DNA of 64,000 nucleotides, taken from Marsupella aquatica (Eukaryota; Plantae; Marchantiophyta). A program made the position numbers and the translations under genes. How positions within the stretch are numbered: position 1 is the stretch's first letter; every line of letters starts with the position of its first letter. Below, piece by piece: positions 14,068-27,249 of the stretch. The notes under the pieces are model-generated. The model made no database searches. It was not told the DNA's origin and saw only the letters and a program-made list of their open reading frames with translations. Location of the stretch: assembly GCA_973895155.1 (NCBI GenBank), contig OZ316894.1, positions 1,628,457 to 1,692,456 on the forward strand. Direction: 5' to 3'.

Positions 14068-14706
14068 CGGCCTCATTCACAATTGGGTGTACCTCACAGG
14101 AACCACTTTTAGGACTCAAAAACATGTTTTTTTAGTAAAAAATGATTTTCATAACATGGAAAAAGGTTCATCATGATTTTATCTCAAGACATTTAAGTCT
14201 AATTTTTTCACAATACTATTTTACATGGTGTAACCTACCTCACCATGTAGATACATCAAGTTTTCAACTGTTTTAAGGGATCCTGTTATTGATGGCCATA
14301 AATAAGCCAAAATTACTGATTATTTTTGTCCTGTACATAAAGGTTTAGTGTGTGTCACTATTTAAGTTTTGAAATATAAGATTATGCTATTAGTATGCAT
14401 GCTTTGGTAAAATATTATTGTCTAAAATGCATTTTTAGAGTCCTTTTGAGTCCTGAAATGATGTGACCCATTGCGTGACAAGTCCTTTTATCAATCTTTG
14501 AAGGACATATAAGGAGAGCTTCAAAGTCTCAAATGCTAGATAGTTTAATGAATGTTACCAACCTATAGGATGTTTATTAAGTATAGTACTTCAAATTTTC
14601 TATATCATCTCATTACACCCTAAAAATGATATCCTAAAGCATAATAAACTATGGTCACTTTTGAGTGTGACGTTCCTTTTGGGTCCTCCAATGGTGAATG
14701 AGGCCG
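14068..14706. mobile_element. MITE with TA TSD (Tc1/mariner-type)
   Basis: TA|cggcctcattcacaattgg ... ccaatggtgaatgaggccg|TA; AT-rich non-coding interior. Confidence 0.75.
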
Positions 14707-16939
14707 TACATTCCCAATAGCAACAAGAGAATGTTCAACAAATTCAACACCAAATTAACTCCTTCCTAATGTGCACTCGCCAATGGTCAACTATATGAAA
14801 CATCTACAGGGATGTCAACGAGCAATGAAAGTGGTCATCGCAACAAGGCAAACGACTTGAAAGTGTGATTCCACATTGGAGACATAATTTATAACCACAA
14901 GTGTTCCATAGTGTTGGGGAAGGGTTGCATGGACTCTACACCCATATCCTCTGGAAATGAGTGGGGAAGGGGTTCCATGACTTTCTACCCATACCCTCTA
15001 GGAATGAGTAACTGGGTCATTGGTTAAACTCTGATTTGACCACATTGGCTGAATTGGATGCAGGGTCCTGCCCCCCAAAACACCCAGACCCTGGCCGAAA
15101 AGGTTTAGCAAAGATTGGGTAGAGCATTTTGTGAAAACACATTTTTGAGCGAGAAAGGGGCTTGAAATACAATGTTGCTCATCGCCCTAGCCTGATCATT
15201 CCCCACAGAACAAGTGAAGACATCAGGGTGATGTCTTCAGTACTAGTACATGGATAAGAGTAGAATTTGTGCCGCTTTGGTTGTCCAACTAAACAACCAT
15301 CTAAGTGAAGGTTTTGCCCCTTCTTCTTCGGTGCTCATTCAAAACTGCATCCCATTTTGCCCAGAGAGGCATGATTTCTGGTAGTTCACTTGAGTAGCGG
15401 CGGATAGGTCTGACTTGGGTTCAACTATTGTGGCTGACTCTTCCCTTTCTGTGGGGTTTCACAGATTTCCCCTCAAAGTTTTTTTTAAAACATTTTAAAA
15501 ATTAAAAAAAAACTGCATCCCATTCCAGGTGTCGGTAATTAGGCAGTGACATAAGTATGGTAAGTTGTACATGTCAGTGCCGCTCTAGTTTTGTCCTGTT
15601 GTCTTTGGATTGCCACAGGACAACGATGAGCAGGCAGAGGCTCATCCCCCATCACATACATACTTGGTTTGGGCCTCCTGCGGGAGCACAATGAGATGTC
15701 TGAGCACTTCAGCCTTTACAAATGGCGTTCACTATTTTGTGTGTTATTTTCTTTTATGTCCATGTTTGTGCATCTAGGGAGTTCACATTCAATCTCTCAC
15801 CGTAGCGGCCACAGTTGAGTAGGGTCATGAGTTCACCTTTTGAGGCAGCAGCTTTTGCCCAAAAGACCCACCCGAAAGTGGAGTTCACCAATATCCCCTT
15901 TGCACAAGAAAGAATTGACACTTGGAAAAATTTTGAGGCTCTTAGGTTCATTACTGAGGGTGTCTAATGAAATGGGCAGGGAAGCACCTTCTAAGAGGTG
16001 GGACCCAAAGACCTCATAAATGAGCTTCCCAGGAACACTCTCATTCCTGACCTGCAAAACCCATAAACTGTAGGACCTTCCCTGTTGTTACAAGAAATTT
16101 GCAGCTCATCTTTGCCCCATCCCTGTACTTTGTCTATACCCTCACTTTTAGTTATACCCTTAGCTAGTGTCATGGTCTAGAGGATTCACTCTAGACAGCA
16201 GGCCCATGGAGTAGCTTTTGATTGAGATTATATATTTACTAGCCTGATTATCCAACCCTGAACATAAACAAAGACCAATTTAAACAATCTTGCAAACAAA
16301 TAATGGCTTATCATTCCCTTTCATCTTTGCTCCCACCCTTGTTTTCTGGATGCATCCATAGCCAGGTTGTTTAATGTGGAGAATAAAATCTTTTTCTGCC
16401 AAGTACTCCACAAAAGGTGTTCCACCTTTTACGGTGAGTAGTGAGACATGGAATGAGGCTTTTATAGTGGCAGGTGTGGTTTAAGTAAGTCCTTCCGTTC
16501 CTCAGTGAAATTTTTTTGTTGCCCACAATGATGGGCGTGAGAGTTTGATGAAGTAGAAATTGTGGTTATTTATTGGTAACCATAACCCCTACACCACTAT
16601 CTCCGCTTTATCAGAATGTCACACCAGTGACTCGTTGCCATTTCGAATTTTTGTCAATGTAACATTCTAAAACTTTTTGTTGGCCCTCTTGTTCTCTTTT
16701 TGAAGTAATCTTTTGAGCCCTATTTTGTTCAGATTGTCCTAAAGCTCCTTCATTAAATTTCTCTTGTTATTTCTTTGTCTCATGCAGCAGATTTGAAGTT
16801 TTCTGTTTGCTACATGCGTTTGCCAAAGGGTGGGTTCATCCAAGCGAGGTTTTGACACCAAGATACCACGGTGCTCAGGATTGCTGAGTCTTGTGGTTTG
16901 CTTTGCAACTACAGTACTGAAGCAACTGTTTGGGTGAAT

Positions 16940-17510
16940 GGACAGTGGAGAAATTCCAAGCTGGCATCTTCTATGAATCTGAGCATGCAAGTGCTCCAAA
17001 GCAACTTAGATGGGAAGTCAAAGCTCTGGATCCTTCTCTCACTCAGCTCTTTCTTCTGAACAATATTCACTACATGATGAGATCTGTCCGAAGGTGGGTT
17101 GGCAAACAAATGCCTCACTAGCAAAGCCTGGATTGTGAACCAGTTTGCCATTTCTTTTTAGTTCAGCATTTTCTACTTGTGACGGAAAGCCAGCAGGTTC
17201 ATTGCACACACAAGAATTTGTTGTCTACAAGATTATCTTTTCAATTTTTATACAAGAATGTGGTTTCCTGCACAATTAACAGTTGATCCTCTGTGAGATT
17301 CCTGATTTGGTATGATTGCTCTCGGTTCTTCTGGTAAACTATTGTCCTCTGATTTTATAGTTCGGCAGTAAATGCCTCAACAATCAGTCACACATGAAAC
17401 TACATTTATATTTGCAGGTCAGAGGTAAAAGAGTTGGGATCACAGGGTCAACACATCGACAACTTGTGCAGCAGCATGCATCTGTATATTAGTTGTCTGC
17501 CTGGGAAAGG
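16940..17510 (+). pseudogene. EXO70: Exo70A-like pseudogene, downstream exons, in the opposite orientation to 11385-13810
   Basis: MQVLQSNLDGKSK / DPSLTQLFLLNNIHYMMRSVRR, then an intron, then SEVKELG..HRQLVQQHASVY*LSAW; these match the Exo70A C-terminal domain. Confidence 0.8.
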
Positions 17511-18373
17511 TTATCATTGTTGTTTAAGTACTGATTGCTTGCCACATTGCTGTAGTTAGACGGACTATTCAAACGTTAGATGCTTTCTTTAATAAGCGAC
17601 GAAAGGAATTCTTTAAATATCATCCAGTCATAGATGTACTTCTACAGTAATGCTCCGAGACAGCGCGACATAATTAAATATGTTGAATGGGGACATTGCC
17701 TCACTGAGTTAGTGTGCGAGCACAAAAAGCATTTGGTCCGTAGGGGGGTATAGCCACCGAGACAGCAAACAGGAAAACAGGAATTCTGGTAGCAGTTTTT
17801 TTTTGCTGTTATCAGGAACATGTTGCTGTTACCAGGAAAAGTTAGTCATTGGAACAGGATAATACTTCATTACTTCAAGCCAGATACATCTGAAAAAAAG
17901 CAATATTCATTGCGCTTCATTTACATTCTAGAGCTTAGAACCAACTAACACGGCAATAATTGTTGTCTGAAGATAAGTGAGTCCGGAATCACCAACATAC
18001 TTCTGGAAAATAGTGTCACGGGAAAAAACATTGACATGGTAGGTCCCACCATAAGTAACATAATATTATACGCCAACAATAAGGCAGAAACCACAAATGA
18101 AACTCCAGACAATTTGAAACACCACCGGCGATGGGCTAGCGCCTGGCGCTAGCTAAAATGGAAACAACCAACACATTTAGAAAATGACATTGGATGAATG
18201 CAGAAATTTGGGAAACAAAAATTTAAAATATCATTTGTAGTGGTAGGATTACAATGAAGTAAATGGTAATAAGGAAGACTTCCATCCCAGCGCCAGGCGC
18301 TAACACAAAACTATACCGTTGTAATACGACAAAATATATAACCGTTTCGAGTATCGGACAAATATATCCTTCT

Positions 18374-21300
18374 CTATAAACCATGAGCATTCTCCCTTTC
18401 CAAGATCAGTCGGACTTCTCCAACTGTGAGAATTGGTTGGCTGGTCAAAGTAGATTCCTCAACGTCTAGTTTGAAAACGTTCTTGAAAACCTAGTACAAA
18501 TGTTTGCAAGGCATATATGGATGTCTGCGAGAATGTCGACGATAGAAATCCTCACAAGAACAAGTCTGGAAAATACAAATCTGCACAAAGTAACTATTCG
18601 GCGTCCTTAGATTCTCATGTGTTTGTACTTTGAATTGCTTCCCCCATGAGTTCCCAATAGAAACATCCCACTGTCCCTGGACGGACATGGTCTCTTTTCT
18701 TGCAGATTCAATCCTCTTCATGTGGCCATGGGTCAAGGTCGATCTAGGAACCGTGTTCTTTCCATTCCGACTCCGGAGACGAACAGTGGGTTCCAGAAGA
18801 TTGACTCTCTCTGGAAATAAGTTTACATTGATTCGAAGCTCGAAAAGTGATGGTGGAGGTAGAGGACCGTCTCTTCCTCGGGCTATAGGTATTCCCTGGT
18901 CAAAAAGATACTTCATCTCAGCTTCCGAAACATTTGTTCCTTTTATAACAGGAAGAACATCGGGAAAGGAGGGCAGGTTCACTACACCACGGCGGGGACG
19001 GCTCCGATAACATGTGTTGTTTGGGCAGAACCAAATCATTTCGGCTATGGGTTCCCCCCTGAACATGCGTTGTCCTTTGACAACAATGCCGATGACACCG
19101 TTTGATGAGGGGAACCCAACTTTCTTCACTCTATTTTGGCACTCATCTCTATCGGAACTACCGCCAAATGACGCGTTGCACTGTGGACCGGCCCCAAATC
19201 TTGATGTCCGACGCAGATGCCATGAACCCTGCATGACTTTTGTTTCAAGAACTGGAGATTGGAGCGATGTCTGCTGAAGTACAGTGGGAGCGCTTTGTGG
19301 GTATTGTGTTGAACGTGATTGATGTCGACCCTGCGGTGTACTGAAATCATCACGTTCTACATCCCTCGAATCATCACTTCCTGAGAGATTGACAACGGAA
19401 ATGTCATCAGGTTTTTCTTCCGATACGGAAGCAAACATTGTGTGGTGCAGATTTTTACGCTTGAGTGATCTGGTATTCGACGATGTGATAAGGACTTTAT
19501 CATGCCGGTGGGAGTCTTGTGGCGAGACAATCCCAGTTGCATGTCCTTTCCTCTTGACAGACTTTGTTAGAACATCTCCGTTGAGAGGAACGCTTCTCTC
19601 CAAGTCAAACTCAGCTGCATTGGAGAGGAGCATGTTCATCGCATCCTCGAACAGCTTTGGGGAACCTGCCTGGTCAGCTAAACGGAAAGCCAGTTCCCAT
19701 ATTGTAGGACCTCTTCCTCTACTCAATCCTTTCCGATATGAAATATAGGCTGCAACCTGAGATATAGCTCAATTCTGATCCATTTCACATGCCTCGAAGA
19801 GCCCCACTTTTTCTTTCATTACCCATGCTTTCATTCCTGCGTGAACAGACTCTGATCCGGTACAGTTAGGAATCCTAGCGCCTTCTTCAGCACTTTTGTC
19901 CTGGAATGGCAAAGCATAAACACTAGTAAGAATCCGCGAAACATACTAGCGCCAGGCGCTAGGCAGAACATTTCGACAAAATCATCAATATTATTGTGTA
20001 ATCACATGTTTATGAAAATAAACAGGTCAATATTTGAGATTCAATGACATTATTTGGATTCTTTGGATGGAATGTAGAGGAATGTCATCTCAAAAATGTA
20101 CTTCCACAAAGGAATCTGACTTGCATATTACTAGCGCCAGGCGCTATTACCTACCAAGCGAATAAAATTTCCCCACTGCCTCCAACGCACGACCCACCAC
20201 GATATCCAACTCTGAAGCATGCGGAGCTTCCCAGGTAAGCAGTTACCCGATTGCCACCATAGGTCAATCTCTCTTGAAAGTCGGTAAGCCTCTACAAATG
20301 TCGGTGCGTTCTGTAATTTATCCCATAGCATTCGATGTTCCGCCTGCTTCTCTTCCAACACTCCTTCAACAGAATGGCGATGAAAAGCTTGGTAAAAATG
20401 AAAAGCGTCCGTCCTCTCCCGTTCAGGGTTTGGGTGCCCTCCAAAAAAAACATTTCGGACTGCTAACCATCCGGCTTGGGCATTGTCTGCCATGAAGCCA
20501 TGAATGATTGGATTATCTAACCCATTCTCTTTGGAAACCTCAATCATCAATCTCCAAGCCTTCTCGAACGACGCCGTGTCCTCAGCTTTTAGCTTGCAAG
20601 TAAATATTGTACACAATGCGCGGTAATTATGATCGTAAACATGTGCGCTGAAAGTGACCCAATCCTTGGTCATTCATTTCATGACATCGAAGCTTACCCA
20701 GGCACCTTCAAGCATCCCTCCAGGTTGCATTTGCCGCAAAAGATCCACCCCAGACCCATGGCCTTTGGAAGTCATCTTGAATATGTGAGGCCTGTCTTCT
20801 TGAGACCCTTGACCTGGAAGGATGTACCTCTGCAGAAAAGGCATGTTGATATTCTTTTGATACCGAACGAGAAAATCCAACTCTCCACGGCCTTTCTGGT
20901 CCTGCCTCACACTCCTGAAAAGAGATGCAAACTTCTGTGGAGTAGAAACTACCATTAGAGACTGGAAAATCTCCGTCTCTTCAATATCTTCAATCTCACC
21001 CAGGCTCTCACACAAAGACTGTACAAAAGATCCTGTAGCTACATTTTTAATCCCGGCAGGCGTCCAAGTAGGATTGCCTTCCAATTTCTTTTTAATGACA
21101 TCTTCAACTACCTTTTTTGCACTTCGGGAAAATACCTTACGACAAGGATGGTTGTGGGTGCCCACATGAATCGCAAGGCGAGACATGTGACTACAGGTAT
21201 CTAAGTCAAGCAGAACTTGAGGATACATATAAAACAGTCTTGCAGAGCATGCCTCTACACAAAAAGGGAGCTGTTGGCAATAATGACAAACAACTCCACC

Positions 21301-22140
21301 CTGGTCAATAAACGATCCAACACGGTGAGAGCCTCCAAGTTTTGGGGTACCAGCCCATGCCTTTGCATTCCTCCTCTTCTTTCGGCGGAAGTAGTCACAA
21401 GTTTTATTCCTGCACTCAATAAATCCAGTACAAGTGACTTTACCGAATTCCCAGTATTTTTTGGGCTGCACGTTTGCAGTGGTAGGAAATATTCTTGTCC
21501 AGATGTAGCAATCCTTGGTTCGGTCCATGTCCCGTAGACGGAATCCTTTTGAAAGAATTCCTGACGACGGAGGCAACTCAAACACAACGTCTCCATTGTA
21601 CTTTGGAGGCAAACAAGGTACTTGTTCATGCCGGAAGTTTCCAGCCGAAATGAACCTCGAAAGTTCGCTGGACCCAGTTGACTTGAGCAGCGCGTCCATT
21701 GCACTTCTCCGGTATACAATATGGGATTGCAACGATGGCATCTCCTCTTTGACCAAGACAACGTCAGGCGCTGAAGGCTCCACAAAGGGGATCCTTGGTG
21801 TCTCCTCATCATCACTATTGGAAAGAGCAACTACATCCACGGGATCCCTCTGAGGGGATTGCCGGTCTCCTTCATTTGGTTCCCGAACGACAATGGAGTA
21901 GCGCAACCCAGCATTAAGGTGCCAAAATCTCACGCCTTCATCGACATCAAAAAGTGCGACAAATTCAAAGTCATTGGCTTCCGTTCCCTCCTGAACGATT
22001 GCCTCTATGTCATTCATGCACAAATCAAACCTTCCACAAAGATAAACCTCACTTATTTGCCTGTACCTTTCGTCCATAGACACTGGAATGGAAACGATGT
22101 CATCGGTGGACATACGTGTAACTATGATTGACTGAGACAT
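18374..22140 (-). pseudogene. MULE-type transposase (GCM/WRKY-like Zn finger, DDE core, C-terminal SWIM); exons about 22140-20155 and 19900-18374; three premature stops
   Basis: CTGFIECRNKTC...CHYC...C.ARL...HVGTHNH; catalytic FDVMK, FMADNAQA, DAFH (DxxH) and TGSESVH; SWIM CSCEDF...CKHLY. In-frame stops at 20674, 19769 and 18491. Confidence 0.8.
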
Positions 22141-23139
22141 CACAGAAGCCTCGGAAGCAAATGAGCGCTGGAAAATTATGAATCGAAATGCCACCGACGA
22201 GGGCTATTATTGATCCTGACTAACAGTTCCCTAAAGCCGTTATAATAAGACAATCCTCTGACACCATAAATGTATTTTGTCGTTATATCAACGTCATTTA
22301 CGATCAACGTCATTAACAATAAACGTCATTTAGGAAGAACCATATTGTTCTAGAAATATCAAATGATGAATAGCGCCAGGCGCTATTAAAAACAATACAA
22401 AAGTAGAGGCTCATGCAGAGTCAATTTATGTGTAGCGCCTGGCGCTATTAATAACAATCCAAAAGTTTAGGGCCCGTCTAACGTAAATTTATGTGTAGCG
22501 CCAGGCGCTAATAAAAGAAAATGACATAAAACTAATTCCTAAAGGAGACACTGGATGATTAGCGCCAGGCGCTAATATTGATATCATTAATATTATGAAC
22601 GTCTAAAATGGTAAAAAGTAGGAGCAGGAGCCTTCAAAAGGCTGAAAAGGATTTGTTTTTTGCTAGCGCCGGGCGCTAGTTTTCTTTTGTATCAGAAATA
22701 TGATAAAATCGGATTTAGGGGAAGTAATGGAGTATTAAAGACTCTTATGGCTCTATATTGAATTCCCAACTGACATTAAAATTGAAGATTTTAGGCCTTG
22801 GAAATTACTAGCGCCGGGCGCTACTATTTGGTGAGTAAAAATGAATTCGATATATTCTCAGGTTTTCCTTTCAACGGTCATATTCAACGGTAACTATAGG
22901 TTGCGTGACCCTCAATACATCGATCCCCTTATGTGTTGTCGAATAAGATAACGACATGTGTCATAGATCCAGGCCACGAGTTCAGTTTCCTTAGCGTATA
23001 TGTCATGCTCTGTGCTCTAGATTCTTCTTATTTCCCATGTTAAGTACAGTACGATCGAAGCTGTGTGATGGGTTTTTGCCGTTCGCGGTACGGAAAGAGC
23101 ACGGTGGTCATCACTACTTCCTTTGCCCTTGTGCGAGCA

Positions 23140-26100
23140 ATGGACCCTGCCTTTTCCTCCTCTCAATGCTTTAGTGGAAACGGGCACAGAGAGGTCGTTC
23201 CCTCGCAAACATCTGAGTGCTCATTTTCAGGATCTGTGTATAGTCGTCGAGTGACTCGATCCGCTGCTTTGCGAGATCCTGCAGCACAACCCGCTGTATC
23301 ATTCCCGAATAGCAAGAGAGGGAAGATGGATGATTCTGATTCGTTTGCTGTGGAGGACTTCGGAGAGACGTCACTGACTGTTTATGATGTGATCTCCAAA
23401 CACATTATGTCGTTTGGAAAAGATTTTCGAGGACATGACAAGGATCCGCCAAGGATTCCAATGTGCCGACTACTCCATATGGAAGTAGTGCGGACCTTAC
23501 AGAAGGGAAGTCCTTCGATAGAGAAGCTGAAAGACTCCTTTTAGAGCACAGGATACAATTCGAAGATCGGCATGTTGTTTTACGTCCAACCAACAGATTC
23601 CAATGGAGAAGTTCAGATCTGCACGCCAGAGATCCGTGCTTCCTGGGATGCAATTTGGGTCGCAGAGAATGAAAAGTTTGAGGCGGAATGTGCTACCAAC
23701 CCTGACTTCTCCGTCCTACAGGATAATATGTTTTCTGTGTTTGATGGAAACCATCGACTCTATGCATGGTCCATCATCACGAAGGAGAATCCGGATGATG
23801 TGAAATACCATCCTCGTGTCCAGTGCACAATATTCAAGGGAGAAAAGGGGTCCTTGATCGAGATTGAGGCGGCGATGCACACTGTTAACCAGTAAGTGTC
23901 TCTTCCAATATATTTCTAATGTAATCTATGATCATAGTGTTTCACTAGCGCCGGGCGCTACTGACTCCCTCTCTCATTTTCAGGCTTGGGCAGGCAGTGG
24001 TCGAACCCTCTTGGATACTTGATGCAGACCGTATCAACCGAATTCTCTCGAATGAACTCGATTACTAAAAGTCTATCATTGACGCTGCAAACTTCAAGAA
24101 GTTTGGGCAGATCATGCAGAAAACACGGAAGGGATCGTGGTATACGAAAAAAATGCCTCAAGAAGCACTTCTGTACATCTTGTGTGAGAATAAGATCAAG
24201 TCTTATTCTCGACAGTTTAAGATGGATCTGGAACATGCTGCCGCTCAGGGTACACCTTGGTCTCCCGGAGAGATTTCAAAAAGACATGCAGTGATGATGA
24301 AGGAGGCAACAAAGGATTGGGCGATAAAGGTGTCAAAAATTACTCCTCTGTTAAGCCCCGCCTTTGAGGATTTCATCCAGACATGTGCTGAGATGTACCC
24401 CCTCACAGAGAAGAATAAGAAAGAGAAGAAGCCGGATGCAGTTGTCTGTACAATGGATCGAGCAAGATTGTTTACCGCTGTCTCTGCCCTCGACCCTAAG
24501 CTGAGGAGTACCCTTCTGGTTGCCCATTGTACACCGGAGTTGAGGAAACAATTCTTCCATCCATAGAGTGTAAATGATGATCCAGTGAAGCAATGGTGCC
24601 ATACCTGGCAAACTTGGAACACTGTGGAGGGAATCGCCGTTGGTTTGCTGCAAACCTCCCTACGCCAGGTCAGTGATATAGTCCCCGCCAATCGGTTGCA
24701 GGAGTGGGAGTGTGAGTCGATCGAATCGCTTATTGAAATAGTCTCAAATGACTTCAAGAAATTTGGGGACGCTGTGAAAGGCAAGTTTTTTAATACAATG
24801 TGGCCTTCCAAGTATCCCGACAAGGCTGACTACACCCTCAAGAATCAGAAGAGGGCCAAACGATACCTGTACCGTTTCTTCATGCCTATGGAGATTGTGA
24901 AGCCAGATTACTTTTGGGCATACCCTGTTGCTTTCCAAAAGTGGATCGTTGTTCCCGAAGGAGACATACTGGCCGACGTGTATTCAATGTATCCCGCTGA
25001 AGGGTGTCTTCCACCAAGGGAACTATCAGAATGGGAGAGAATTCATTGTCCTTGGTATTTGGACACCGATAGATAGGACTCTCCATTCGGAGACACTGAG
25101 AAAGACACATTTCATAAGCTTTCAAAAACTCAGGTCCCTCCCAAGTTTGTGTCCGACATGAAGCAGGGAATCAAAGGTGATGTGAGCAAGTCGGCGTCAG
25201 AATTGCAAGCGGTGTGCGAAACTACAGTTGTTCATGTTGATCAAAGTCGCAAACCCAGAGCCAAAGCAAAAACCGAAGCTACGGCACCGAGTACCTCAAC
25301 GCGGTCCGCCAAAAAACGTAAGTTGTCATTCAGCTTGGAGCCTCACAGTTTGGTTAGCGCCAGGCGCTGCTATATGACTATGACTATTGGTTTGTTCAAT
25401 TGGTTTGGACAGCGCCTGGCGCTATTATTCAGCATTGAATAAACTCTGCTCTTTTTCCTTTAGGTGGGAGAAAGTTTGACGCTGCAACCGATGAAACAAA
25501 AGTAGATGCCACTCCGGAGCCTTCTGAAGCCAATACCGGTGCCCAGTTAGACCCAGTAACTCCAATTGACAAAGCGAAAGAGATTGTCCCTCTTGATGCA
25601 ACTAGTACAAAGAAGAAGAAGAAAAGGGCAATTCAAGCAGGAGAATCTTCCCGAGATGATGCCGCTGGAACTGGCGTTCAGAGAGATGTGGGAACCTTCA
25701 AGAGCAAATCTTCTAGGCATTGCATGGTGGAAACAAGTATCCAAGAATTTATTGATACTGCTTTCAACAAAGCAGCAAAACCAGATTGGGTGACTGATGC
25801 AGAGAAATGGGGAAAGGACTTAATCAAGTCGGGTTCCCGAGAAAAGGGAGTAATCAGAGGAGGAAAAGAAAGATCATTTGGTGTCAATGCAGGATTCATC
25901 TATCTTCCTATTGGACTTAAACCTACGCTCATGGACCGTCGGGTTCCAAAAGTGGAATGTACTAGACCACACAGTTCCCAGTTCTTTCTTCAAAGCGATG
26001 GACCCGTTCCTTTCTGATGATGGCATGCTTGCGATCTTGTATTCTGATGACCATGACCAGGTCTCGCAAGTCATTTCAGCATGCCACCAGTCCAAAAAGT

Positions 26101-27249
26101 TCCATTGTGTCAATTCTCACAATGTCGTCATGTCTATGCCCATGTACAGAGCAAAGACCGATATTCAGGTACAGATCATTGAATCTCTTGTTTATTGTTA
26201 GCGCCTGGCGCTAACTTAGTCTTTGCTGTTGTTCTCAAGTCATTACCCGTCGGTTCATAATTTGAGCCTAACGTGTGCGATGCGTGCAGGTATTTACCCT
26301 TAGGCTAGACATATTTTGTCGGACTTCTTCAAAAGGGAAGGTACCAAAGGATCCAAGGTTTAAGCCTCTTTCAATAAGTGAAGATCCTTCGATCTCTAAC
26401 TTGATTGGGCTTCCAACCTTGAAGACAGATCATTTCTCGGAGTTGGATTTTGCTAGGAACGCTTGTCTTTCGGTTGGTTTTATGCAATCGGTGATAGAGC
26501 TTTTTACTCTTCCTGGAGATATTGTCCTTGACTGGACTGTAGGTTCAGGAAGCACATTCATTGCTGGTGATTTTTCTGGTCGTTTCGTGATTGGGTTGGA
26601 AAATAGGCGTGAGTTTGTTGAGACCGCATCAAGGGTTTTCTTAGAACTTCTTGATCCCAAGCATGTTCCGACATTGCCTCCTCCCGCGACCAATTTAAGT
26701 GGTCGCAAAAAGAAAGATAGGCTCCGATCTGTTCTCAATTTTGATTCCGATGAAGAGGAAGGTACCTCTGGAGACGTCGGAGATGACACAGAGAAAACCC
26801 AGGAGGAAGATTCTTTGGAGAAGAGCGAAGACTCAGACGAGTAATGTTCTTCCAGTAAGCTTCTTTATCCTTTCAAGTGTTGTTGACAATTCTGGGTTCT
26901 TGCTCTCTTATCTCCTAAACTTATTTTTTTTCCGTTTTACTGGATCAGGTCAGAATGGAATCTAAGGAAGCGTTTCCAACTCCGGAGGAGACTAGCTAGG
27001 AATGTAATTGTCACTCCTGAGAAGCCATTTGTTTTTCCCTCATACGCTGAAAATGCCGCTAGGAGGGTTGACAAAATTAGAACGCTTTGTTGGGAAACAA
27101 AAGGTCTATGTCTTCAAAGGGAAGCAGATAGGAAGTTCATGAAGAACCCTTATATAGATGATGTTTCCCGAAGCAAGTACATTGATGACGAAGCTGAGTC
27201 AACGGACAGATCTGAAAGCTCCGCATCAGAAACATCTGGTAGTTTATAG
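23140..27249 (+). pseudogene. Multi-exon gene: N-terminal ParB/Srx-like domain, helical middle region, C-terminal beta-class N4/N6 DNA-methyltransferase-like domain; carries premature stops
   Basis: ParB-like IEKLKDSF.STGY...FYV...VFDGNHRLYAW. MTase-like GFIYLPIG (degenerate motif IV), FFKAMDPFLSDDGMLAIL and FMQSVIELFTLPGDIVLDWTVGSGSTFIAGDFSGRFVIGLE (motif I region). The ORF pieces are in frame across single stops; GT-AG introns at about 23892-23983, 25318-25463 and 26169-26289. Confidence 0.7.

Noticed and set aside
22360-22830. Regularly spaced palindromes (about 62-64 bp apart) resembling a CRISPR array
   Set aside because: The repeat is only 15 bp, the spacers resemble one another, no cas genes are present and the context is eukaryotic. 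Treated as transposon cis-motifs.
23065-26844. Bacterial contaminant or prophage ParB-methylase operon
   Set aside because: The gene has GT-AG introns and lies within a TSD-bounded MULE embedded in plant sequence.
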